DNA of 64,000 nucleotides, taken from NCBI GenBank assembly GCA_963707215.1, contig CAVPPB010000003.1:384001-448000 (forward strand), in the 5' to 3' direction. Each line of letters starts with the position of its first letter. Position 1 is the first letter of the stretch. This DNA comes from an uncultured Chloroflexia bacterium. GTDB lineage: Bacteria > Chloroflexota > Limnocylindria > Limnocylindrales > CSP1-4. The notes under the pieces were generated by a model, which saw only the letters and a list, made by a program, of their open reading frames with translations, was not told where the DNA came from and ran no database searches. The position numbers were made by a program, and so were the translations under genes. Shown one piece after another: positions 10,236-17,372 of the stretch.

Positions 10236-10260
10236 CGGCGGCGAAGGTGCCACCCTGACC

Positions 10261-10286
10261 GGCCCCCGTCGCCCGGCCGTGGGCTG
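10261..10286 (+). repeat. Repeat R1, 26-bp core GGCCCCCGTCGCCCGGCCGTGGGCTG
   Basis: Exact match to the copies at 10514, 13000 and 14364. Confidence 0.95.
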
Positions 10287-10347
10287 TTCGCCTTGTTGCG
10301 GGACGTCCCGCACCGACGGGGCTCCGACCGCGGGCTAGGATCGGGGC

Positions 10348-10491
10348 ATGAGCGCCATCCGTGTCATCAGCATCGCCATGACCTTGGTGCTCCTCGGCCT
10401 GACGGCCCTGGTCGTCATCGGAGCGCTGATACCGACCACACTCGGCGGGCCGATCCTCGACGTCCTTCCGAGCCCGACGGTGGCGCCCTAG
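10348..10491 (+). CDS. 47-aa single-TM small protein between R1 and R2
   Basis: MSAIRVISIAMTLVLLGLTALVVIGALIPTTLGGPILDVLPSPTVAP; TAGGAT -10 box 6 nt upstream; below the ORF-track size cutoff. Confidence 0.55.
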   Translation: MSAIRVISIAMTLVLLGLTALVVIGALIPTTLGGPILDVLPSPTVAP

Positions 10492-10511
10492 ATGCGTCGA
10501 GGTAGGGGGAA

Positions 10512-10597
10512 CCGGCCCCCGTCGCCCGGCCGTGGGCTGGTCGCTCTCCCCGTGGGTCAGCGAGATCGCCCCCGGCCGGCCCGGAGCGGGGGGCCGG
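10512..10597 (+). repeat. Repeat R2, full-length hairpin form (core 10514-10539)
   Basis: Terminal inverted repeat CCGGCCCCC...GGGGGCCGG; inner GGGCTGGTCG pairs with CGGCCGGCCC (two G-T pairs). Confidence 0.92.
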
Positions 10598-10641
10598 CGC
10601 GTCAGGCTCGATGGGGCTGCTGAGCGGTCGCCGACCCTCCC

Positions 10642-12162
10642 TCAGTCACAGACCGTGGTCGGGGCCTTCTCGCTGACGACGCCGGTCCCGCCGAGCATGG
10701 CGATCTGGACCGGGCCGAGGCGCTCGAGCTCGGTCGCCACGACCGGAGGCAGACAGCTCTGGCGGGTCAGCAGGAGCGGCCCCTCGACCAGGCTCACGAG
10801 GGGCACCCCGGCCAGGGCGTCGGGGAAGTTCACCCCGGTCGCGAGGTAGACCGTGTCGGCGCCACCGGGGAAGGCCTGCGCGCCGATGGCGGCACTCGTC
10901 GCGTAGCGGTCGGCACCGGACCAGCGGCTCACCGGGATCCCCGGGAACAGCGCCTTGAGGTCATCAACGACCCCCGAGCCGAGGACGCCGGTCCCGCCGA
11001 GGAGGACGAAGCTCGTCGGCGTCAGCCCCTCGTAGGGTCCGATCCCGACCAGAGGGGCGACGAGCACGTCGGGCACACCGCTCCAGGTGGCGAGGATCAC
11101 CGGCGCGCCGACGGCCGCCGCGGCCGCCCCGCCGGCGAGGGCATCGGGGAAGTTCGCCCCAGTGGCGACGAAGATCGGCCCGGTGTAGCCGGCGAAGCGG
11201 GCGTCGAGGATCGCGGCCGCGGTCGCGTAGCGGTCGGCCCCGGCGAGCCGGGTCACCGAGCCGGTGGTGAAGGCCTTGAGCTCATCGCGGACCGCGTTCG
11301 AGACGACCCCGGTCCCGCCGAGGATGCGAATCTGGCCGGGCTCGAGCCATTCGAGCGCCTCGGCCACGACGTCGGGCAGCCGGTCGGGCCGGGTCAGCAG
11401 GACCGGCCCACCGTCCTTGGCCGCCGCCGGACCGCCGGTCAACGCGTCGGGGAAGTTGTAGCCGGTGGCGATGTAGGCGACGGGCACGCCTGGCGAGAAG
11501 CCATAGGCCGTCTCGGCGGCCGTGGCGAAGCGGTCGGGACCGGCAAACCGGGTCAGCGACTGCTGGACCCATGTCGTGAAGGCGAGGTCATGGCCGTCAC
11601 TTCGGCTCCAGTGCTCGTCGTAGGAATGGGTGAGGTACATGTGGCCGCCGAAGTAGACGTTCATGTACCGCCTGTTGTAGGCGAAGCCCCAGTGACCTGC
11701 CCCTTGGGGCGTGGGCTGGACGACGAGCGCAAGCACATCGCCGGCATCGACCTGCAGCGGGTGTGGGATGGTGAATGTGATCCACTCTGCGGTGTCGACC
11801 ACGTCACTGTCGATCGGACCCACCGGGATGGCCGCCGGAGGGACGGGCTCGCTCGTCGCGAGGAGCGCGCCTTCCGGTGTGTCATCTCGGATCTCGATGA
11901 CGAGATCCTGTGTCGTGTCGGCCATCCGGTTCACCAGCAGGTCGACGTAGGTCAGGGAGCCGGCCACCCCGACCGTGAATGTCTGGGCGATCCCGTCGAA
12001 GCACATTCCGTCGTCCCGGGTAACGCAGTACATGCCGTCCGCGACATCCTGCACTTGGTCGGAGTCTGACCACTGGGCGGAGGCCGGCGTCGCAGGGGCG
12101 ACCATGACCAGGACCAACCCGGTCGCAAGACCGATCAGTCCGGCACGCATTGGCATCTTCAC
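10642..12162 (-). CDS. Secreted cell wall-binding repeat (CWB2) protein
   Basis: Signal peptide; three repeats R.AG.DR[FY]AT[AS] with ATG.NFPDAL and LGGTGV. Confidence 0.88.
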   Translation of the reverse strand: MKMPMRAGLIGLATGLVLVMVAPATPASAQWSDSDQVQDVADGMYCVTRDDGMCFDGIAQTFTVGVAGSLTYVDLLVNRMADTTQDLVIEIRDDTPEGALLATSEPVPPAAIPVGPIDSDVVDTAEWITFTIPHPLQVDAGDVLALVVQPTPQGAGHWGFAYNRRYMNVYFGGHMYLTHSYDEHWSRSDGHDLAFTTWVQQSLTRFAGPDRFATAAETAYGFSPGVPVAYIATGYNFPDALTGGPAAAKDGGPVLLTRPDRLPDVVAEALEWLEPGQIRILGGTGVVSNAVRDELKAFTTGSVTRLAGADRYATAAAILDARFAGYTGPIFVATGANFPDALAGGAAAAAVGAPVILATWSGVPDVLVAPLVGIGPYEGLTPTSFVLLGGTGVLGSGVVDDLKALFPGIPVSRWSGADRYATSAAIGAQAFPGGADTVYLATGVNFPDALAGVPLVSLVEGPLLLTRQSCLPPVVATELERLGPVQIAMLGGTGVVSEKAPTTVCD

Positions 12163-12296
12163 GGTGCACTCCCTGGGACGCCTGGATCACGGGTCGGTCT
12201 CGCCAGTGGCACGGCTCGAGCCGGCCACGGCATGGGTCACTGCACCCAGCGCCACCCGTGTGGCACCTGATCGACGCCCAACAGGCAGATGTGTTG

Positions 12297-12322
12297 CGCC
12301 CCCGTCGCCCGGCCGTGGGCTG
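12297..12322 (+). repeat. Repeat R3 (25/26 core match), extending into CCCCCCAGGGTCAG
   Basis: Direct alignment with R2 and R6. Confidence 0.92.
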
Positions 12323-12340
12323 GCCGGCGTCCCCCCAGGG

Positions 12341-12571
12341 TCAGTAGCGAGCCGCTGCAAACAGGGCGACCAGAGCGACCGGGATCATCAGGAGCGCGAA
12401 GACGAGCCCGCCATTGATACAGGCGACCGACCCCGATCCACACCCCGAGGCGGTGATCACTCAGGCGACCAGGGCCGCGATCATGGCACCGACGACCGCG
12501 ACGAGGGAGAAGATCGCCACCCGCGCTCCCCGGTAGCCCATGCGGTAGTAGCGCCCACCCGCCCGGAACAT
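12341..12571 (-). pseudogene. Small membrane protein with an internal in-frame TGA at 12461-12463
   Basis: MFRAGGRYYRMGYRGARVAIFSLVAVVGAMIAALVA*VITASGCGSGSVACINGGLVFALLMIPVALVALFAAARY* reads in one frame across the stop. Confidence 0.55.
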
Positions 12572-12593
12572 TGCTGACCACCGCCTGTGGGCG

Positions 12594-12672
12594 GGCCCCC
12601 ATCGCCCGGGCGTGGGCTGGTCGCCTCGACGCGGCCCAGCGAGATCGCGGCGGCCGGCCCGGAGCGGGGGCC
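12594..12672 (+). repeat. Repeat R4, full-length hairpin form (24/26 core)
   Basis: GGCCCCC...GGGGGCC ends; 12-bp inner stem GGGCTGGTCGCC/GGCGGCCGGCCC. Confidence 0.92.
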
Positions 12673-12704
12673 GTGGCGCCAACGTAGGTGGCGCGGCTCA
12701 CCGG

Positions 12705-12737
12705 AGACTCACCAGCCATGCGACGCCGCGATCCCGA
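12705..12737 (+). repeat. 33-bp segment also found at 14970-15002 (31/33 identical), encoding DSPAMRxRDPE
   Basis: AGACTCACCAGCCATGCGACGCCGCGATCCCGA versus AGACTCACCGGCCATGCGATGCCGCGATCCCGA. Confidence 0.9.
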
Positions 12738-12752
12738 GCGCTCCTCGCCGCC

Positions 12753-12944
12753 CTACTTCCGATCCGCCTCCTGCCTGAGCACGGTGGCCAGAGACGAGCC
12801 GGCCATCATGGTGATTCCAACGATGCCGATCATGGCGGCGGGACCGGAGTCGATGACGCCCAGGAACAGCAACGCTGCCGCGGCGAGCACTATCAGCAGC
12901 CCACCGAGCGCAATCAGCACGCCCAGGAGCCTGGCCCTGTCCAT
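12753..12944 (-). CDS. 63-aa two-TM small membrane protein between R4 and R5
   Basis: MDRARLLGVLIALGGLLIVLAAAALLFLGVIDSGPAAMIGIVGITMMAG... Confidence 0.65.
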   Translation of the reverse strand: MDRARLLGVLIALGGLLIVLAAAALLFLGVIDSGPAAMIGIVGITMMAGSSLATVLRQEADRK

Positions 12945-12999
12945 GGCGGTCAGGCTGCCGGTCGAGGAACGTAACGGGCAAGAGGCCGAGGGCCTGAAC

Positions 13000-13025
13000 G
13001 GCCCCCGTCGCCCGGCCGTGGGCTG
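13000..13025 (+). repeat. Repeat R5 (26/26 core)
   Basis: Exact core, preceded by GAAC. Confidence 0.95.
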
Positions 13026-13061
13026 GTCGGCATCAGTCCGCAGGACTCTTGCGAGGCCACG

Positions 13062-14267
13062 TTGCGGCGAGAACAGTTGGCTGTCGTGGTGCACGTCCTG
13101 GCGAGTGTGCTCAAGGTCGCACTTGGGGCTGCCCTGGTCGCGGGTGGTCTCGTCGGGGTCGTCTACATCAACGCCGAGATCGAGCGGTCGGCTTCGCTTG
13201 AGCCGTCGGCGCCTCCCGAGCCGAACCAGTCGGCCATCGACTACAACTGCAGTCTCCCCGGCATGGGCTACCCGTGGCTTCGGCAGGACCTGTCCTACAC
13301 GGTGCAGTTCACGACTTCTGCGGTCTTCGTGTCCACCGTGCCGGACGTCTCGCCGTGGGCCGCCTTCCTGCCGATATCCATTGCCGGGGACGGGACCGCG
13401 CTTTCGATGGATGACGTGTACCGGAGACTGTGTCGCGTCCACCCTCAGCTCGGTGGAGGCGGCCTGACCCGGGTCTCCACCGAGGTAGCGAAGCAGTTGG
13501 TGTGCGGGGGCCAGGACCGGTGCCTGCAGCGGGAGTGCGATGACTTCCCGGACCTCTACACCGACAGGCTCCCGCTGACAGTCGATGAGGCGCGCATGTG
13601 CCTGGAGCCAATCAGGATGTACTGGTTGCCGCCCATTCCCCAGGACCTCCGTGACGCCTTGGCAACAGCGGTGGCATCCGGAAGGACGCCGGGCCCCTCC
13701 TCGGCGCCGACACCGGCGCCGAGCGGCGAGACTCGCCGCTACCGCATCACGGTCAACGGCTACGAGAACGTGTTCTACTGGAACATCGGTGAGCGCCTAG
13801 GCGTGCGCTTCGACTACCGCCTGATCGGGGAGTTCGCGCTGGTGCGCCCGACCCCAACAAGGCCCTGGACCGTCACGAGCAGACGTGTCATCACGGCTGA
13901 CCTCAAGTACACGAGCCTGTACCCGGCGGACCGCTACGAGGTCACTCTGGACTGTGTGCGCCGGAGCCGCTCGTGTGAGGGGCATCTCATCCGGAGCACC
14001 ACCCTGCGGCTGCGGGTGCAGGTGGACGGCGACGAGATCATCGCGCGCTGGGGTGCCTTCAGGCCCGAGGTTCTGGTGACTGGGAGACGGACAGACCCTC
14101 TCGAGACGGTCCGTTCCTCCTACATCTCCGAGTACTTCGATGACGCCGTCGCGGCGGAGCGCCTGCCCCTGCGGGACCAGTACGTCGGCCCGCAGCGGGT
14201 CAAGACGTACCAGGGTCGCAGCGACATCTCAACCAGCTACGCATACCGCCTCGACCGACTCCCGTGA
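13062..14267 (+). CDS. Hypothetical membrane-anchored or exported Cys-containing protein between R5 and R6; start uncertain
   Basis: About 400-aa ORF with an N-terminal TM segment, a Pro/Ser linker and two apparent domains; no family recognised. Confidence 0.7.
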   Translation: MRREQLAVVVHVLASVLKVALGAALVAGGLVGVVYINAEIERSASLEPSAPPEPNQSAIDYNCSLPGMGYPWLRQDLSYTVQFTTSAVFVSTVPDVSPWAAFLPISIAGDGTALSMDDVYRRLCRVHPQLGGGGLTRVSTEVAKQLVCGGQDRCLQRECDDFPDLYTDRLPLTVDEARMCLEPIRMYWLPPIPQDLRDALATAVASGRTPGPSSAPTPAPSGETRRYRITVNGYENVFYWNIGERLGVRFDYRLIGEFALVRPTPTRPWTVTSRRVITADLKYTSLYPADRYEVTLDCVRRSRSCEGHLIRSTTLRLRVQVDGDEIIARWGAFRPEVLVTGRRTDPLETVRSSYISEYFDDAVAAERLPLRDQYVGPQRVKTYQGRSDISTSYAYRLDRLP

Positions 14268-14363
14268 TCGAGAGTCACGGAGCATCGCATCCATACCTCC
14301 GGTCCACGCGCCGTGCTCCTGGGACTTTCCGTCGAGCTCCTCGACCTCTGTCACGAGTCGAAC

Positions 14364-14437
14364 GGCCCCCGTCGCCCGGCCGTGGGCTGGTGGCCTTCCC
14401 CCCTGGGTCAGCGAGGTCGCGCCGGCCGGCCCGGAGC
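14364..14437 (+). repeat. Repeat R6 (26/26 core; near full length but lacks the final GGGGGCC)
   Basis: Continues ...GGGTCAGCGAGGTCGCGCCGGCCGGCCCGGAGC, like R2 and R4. Confidence 0.93.
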
Positions 14438-14561
14438 TTGTGCGCGGACTGCCGTCGAGCAGCTTCTGGGCCGCGACCGACGTGCTCCGCGAGATCACCC
14501 TCGATCGCGCGGACTAGACTACGCGACGCGACGCGTCCGTTACGTGAACGTTGGTGACCTC

Positions 14562-14954
14562 ATGACAACCAGACGCCTGCCAGCGCAGCTGGCCTTCGCC
14601 TCGCTTCTGTCGCTGGCCGTCACAGACATCCTCTTTGTGTTCCTGGTGGCGGTGGACGTTCTATCCGGGGACGAAGCCCTGTCGGTGGCAACACCCAAGA
14701 TGATCTACTTCTCCCTGATGGCCAGCCTCTCCTTCTTCTCGCTTCCTCTCATTTGGTGGGGGAACAGGATTGGCTACTACGTCGCGATGGCTGTTGCGGC
14801 TCTCTCGTTGCTCGCCGGCGTTTCCGGGGTGTGGTCGGCCCTCACAGGCGCGGTGCCCGTCGATGTGAACGTGCTTTCGGGGCTTGTCGGCCTGGCCCTG
14901 TCGACGATCCTGCTTGTCTCCTCCGGGTACGCCTCCAGAGAGAAAGCGGGATAG
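14562..14954 (+). CDS. Hypothetical 4-TM membrane protein after R6
   Basis: 130-aa hydrophobic ORF MTTRRLPAQLAFASLLSLAV... Confidence 0.7.
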   Translation: MTTRRLPAQLAFASLLSLAVTDILFVFLVAVDVLSGDEALSVATPKMIYFSLMASLSFFSLPLIWWGNRIGYYVAMAVAALSLLAGVSGVWSALTGAVPVDVNVLSGLVGLALSTILLVSSGYASREKAG

Positions 14955-14970
14955 ACAGTCGCCGGCCGCA

Positions 14971-15180
14971 GACTCACCGGCCATGCGATGCCGCGATCCC
15001 GAACGCCTCCACCTCGCCGGCTGAGCCGCCCACCTCGCCCGGCTGCTCGATGCCGGATACGCCCCAGGAGCCGCCGAGGAGGCGATGGTGACCTGGGAGT
15101 GCGAGCCGGACGCCGAGGGCCGCCAGCGCGGCACCTCGGCGTTCTGGGACGGGCTGGAGGCGCGGGCGGTGGAGCGGCGG
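14971..15180 (+). pseudogene. Small helical-protein gene remnant with an in-frame TGA at 15022-15024
   Basis: DSPAMRCRDPERLHLAG*AAHLARLLDAGYAPGAAEEAMVTWECEPDAEGRQRGTSAFWDGLEARAVERR; its 5' part is duplicated after R4. Confidence 0.55.
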
Positions 15181-15181
15181 G

Positions 15182-15560
15182 CTACTCGCTCGGACTCGAT
15201 CCAACCATGAAGGGCGCCCAGATCCCCGAGAAGCCGTCGTCGCCCTCGAGGTGGACCTCGAATGTCACGGTCTCGGCGAAGAGCTCAGCCTCTGTGTAGT
15301 CGATGCCAAGGTATCGGAGATAGATGGTCGACTCGTACTCGCGATCCCGAGAGCCGCTGCAGGGCATGTTGAAGTTCTGGAGCCTGGTTCTCGGGTGCGT
15401 ATCGGTCGTCAGGTGGATCGACCAGAACAGGTCGGGCTGGATCAGGCACCACGGCCCCTTGAACCTACATGTGATGTAGATCCCGTCGCAGTTCTGGTGG
15501 GCCTCCGAGAAGGGCCTCTGGATGCGAACCGAGCCGACCGAGTCGCCGGCGAAGATGGCG
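15182..15560 (-). pseudogene. C-terminal fragment of an unknown gene abutting the Prim-Pol fragment
   Basis: Protein-like IFAGDSVGSVRIQRPFSEAHQNCDGIYITC...PSE with no convincing start. Confidence 0.4.
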
Positions 15561-15700
15561 GCCACCGCTCGATCGTGTCGAGGTTCGTGGTCGCGTCCTT
15601 GAAGCCGTCCGGGGCGAGCCGTGGGACCGGGTGCTTGCCCGGCGAGGGACAGTCGTCCTTGGCCCACATGCAGCCGACGTCGCTGCCCCGGTAGCGGTGG
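15561..15700 (-). pseudogene. Fragment of a bifunctional DNA primase/polymerase (Prim-Pol) N-terminus
   Basis: GC.....CPSPGKHP......GFKDATTNLDTIERW matches the Prim-Pol N-terminal signature and then breaks off. Confidence 0.7.
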
Positions 15701-15750
15701 CGGCACCCGACGCGCCTGACTACTTCCGGTTCGCCGTCACGGGCCAGCTC

Positions 15751-16014
15751 ATGCGGGCGGTCCTGAAGGAGCTGCCGACGTGGCCGTACGAGACGCTGAT
15801 CGTCTTCCGGCCGTGGCTCGACAACGGGGCGGCATATCTACAAGCCGTCGGCGACGGGGTCGTCATGCCTGAGCGATGGTTCGATTGGTTCCCCGGCTGC
15901 TACGTCGACCGGGAGTCGCTAGAGGCGGCCCAGGGACTGACCCACGCCACAGCCACCGTGACGGCGCACGACGCGACCGTCCGCACCACAAGTCCGAAGG
16001 GGGTGACCCGGTGA
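15751..16014 (+). CDS. Hypothetical protein whose stop overlaps the integrase start
   Basis: ORF MRAVLKELPTWPYETL...; GTGA overlap with the integrase; start uncertain. Confidence 0.45.
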   Translation: MRAVLKELPTWPYETLIVFRPWLDNGAAYLQAVGDGVVMPERWFDWFPGCYVDRESLEAAQGLTHATATVTAHDATVRTTSPKGVTR

Positions 16015-17097
16015 GACGCTACGGTGAGGGAACCATCCTCCAGCGATCGAACGGTCGCTGGCAGGCCCGCTGGCTCGTGGACGGCCGGCGGTACTCGGTC
16101 ATGGGCGCGACGAAGCGGGAGGCCCGTGAACGGCTCAGGGCGGCCCTGGCAGACCGGGACAGCGGTGGGCGATCCGTGGACACGCGCAGGACGGTCGGGG
16201 CGGTCCTTGACGAGTGGCTGGCGGTGCGAGTCCGGCAGCGACTGCGCCCGCAGACGGTCGCCAGCTATGAGCGACTGGTCCGCCTCTACATGAAGCCGGC
16301 GATCGGCTCGGTGCCGGTCGCGAAGCTCACGGCAGCCGACATCTCCAAGATGCTCGAGCGGATGTCGGTCAGCGGCACGACGAAGCGGTACACCCTCGTG
16401 GTCCTCCGGGTGGCGCTCGCCTGGGCCGTCCAGCATGACATGGCGCGGCGCAACGTCGCGGCGCTCGTCGAGCTCCCGGAGCGGTCGACGACCGAACGGG
16501 CCCCTACTCGACCGAACAGGTCGTCCGGCTACTCGACGCCACGGCGGACGAGCCCGTCGGGCCCGTGCTGGCGCTCGTCGCCTCGACCGGGTTGCGCCAA
16601 GGCGAGGCGCTCGGGCCGGCGTGGAGCGACGTCGACCTGGAGGCCGGCGCGATCACCATCCGGCAGTCACTGGATCCGCACACGCGGACGCTGGCGCCGA
16701 CGAAGACCGAGAAGTCGCAGCGGACGCTCAACCTGCCCGGGCTTGGGCGGCGCTCCGGGAGCAGCGTCGACGGCAGCTCGAGGCCCGGCTTGCGGCCGGG
16801 CGGAAGTGGCAGGACTCGGGGCTCGTCTTCACGACGAGCGTGGGATCCCCGATGGACGCCGCGGCGGTCGTCCGCGCCGACCACGCGGCCTGTGCTCGTC
16901 TCGGCCTCGAGCGGAGGCGCTTCCACCACTTGCGGCACTTCGCGGCGACGGCGGCGCTCGAGGCCGGCACCGACCTGTATGCCGTGTCGAGGATGCTCGG
17001 CCACGCCTCGATCACGACGACGGCGAACGCCTACGGCCACGTCACCCCGGCGATGCGGCGCCGGACGGCCGAGCTCATGGACGCCGCTCGCGGGTGA
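16011..17097 (+). CDS. Phage-type tyrosine integrase with two frameshifts (about 16505 and 16740)
   Basis: N-terminus RRYGEGTILQRSNGRWQAR; catalytic TGLRQGE, PTKTEKS, HHLRH, LGH and AYGH spread over three frames. Confidence 0.92.
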
Positions 17098-17121
17098 GGA
17101 TTGGGCCCGGATTGGGCCCAA
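17098..17121 (+). repeat. Tandem GGATTGGGCCC x2, also palindromic (TTGGGCCC...GGGCCCAA); candidate integrase arm-type binding sites
   Basis: Lies directly after the integrase stop and before the tRNA; function is inferred. Confidence 0.6.
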
Positions 17122-17133
17122 CGGCACAAGCAG

Positions 17134-17165
17134 AACGGCCCTCGGAGACGCCTCCGGGGGCCGTT
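17134..17165. terminator. Hairpin between the convergent integrase and tRNA genes
   Basis: AACGGCCCTCGGAG-ACGC-CTCCGGGGGCCGTT. Confidence 0.7.
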
Positions 17166-17181
17166 TCGTGCGTGGAAGTGG

Positions 17182-17256
17182 TGGTGAGCCCGGAAGGATT
17201 CGAACCTTCAACCTAGTGATTAAGAGTCACTTGCTCTGCCGTTGAGCTACGGGCCC
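17182..17256 (-). tRNA. tRNA-Lys (anticodon CTT)
   Basis: Reverse complement GGGCCCGTAGCTCAACGGCAGAGCAAGTGACTCTTAATCACTAGGTTGAAGGTTCGAATCCTTCCGGGCTCACCA: cloverleaf, GTTCGAAT T-loop, encoded CCA. Confidence 0.97.
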
Positions 17257-17372
17257 GCCGGGGCCACCGCCGGCCGACGTCGCGGAACATCGGCTCCGGG
17301 GGGCGGCCGCAGGATACCGCAAGTCACCCCTCGACCGCGAGTGGACGACCCCGGCCGGTCGCCCGCCGCTGG

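Larger units (their letters stand above)
10261..17181. mobile_element. Degenerate integrative element or genomic island at the 3' end of tRNA-Lys; left border uncertain
   Basis: Integrase next to the tRNA 3' end, Prim-Pol remnant, pseudogenes, repeat-delimited orphan genes. Confidence 0.7.

Noticed and set aside
10261-14389. CRISPR array interpretation of the 26-bp repeats
   Set aside because: Intervals are 0.25-1.8 kb, highly variable and contain whole genes; no cas genes in the window.
12461-15024. Selenocysteine or alternative genetic code explanation for the two in-frame TGA codons
   Set aside because: No redox motif context or evident SECIS, TGA is the normal stop throughout the window, and the region shows other signs of decay.
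10261-17097. Classical integron (IntI plus attC)
   Set aside because: Repeats lack RYYYAAC...GTTRRRY ends, cargo is in mixed orientation, and the integrase has a phage-type arm-binding N-terminus with no recognisable IntI-specific insertion.
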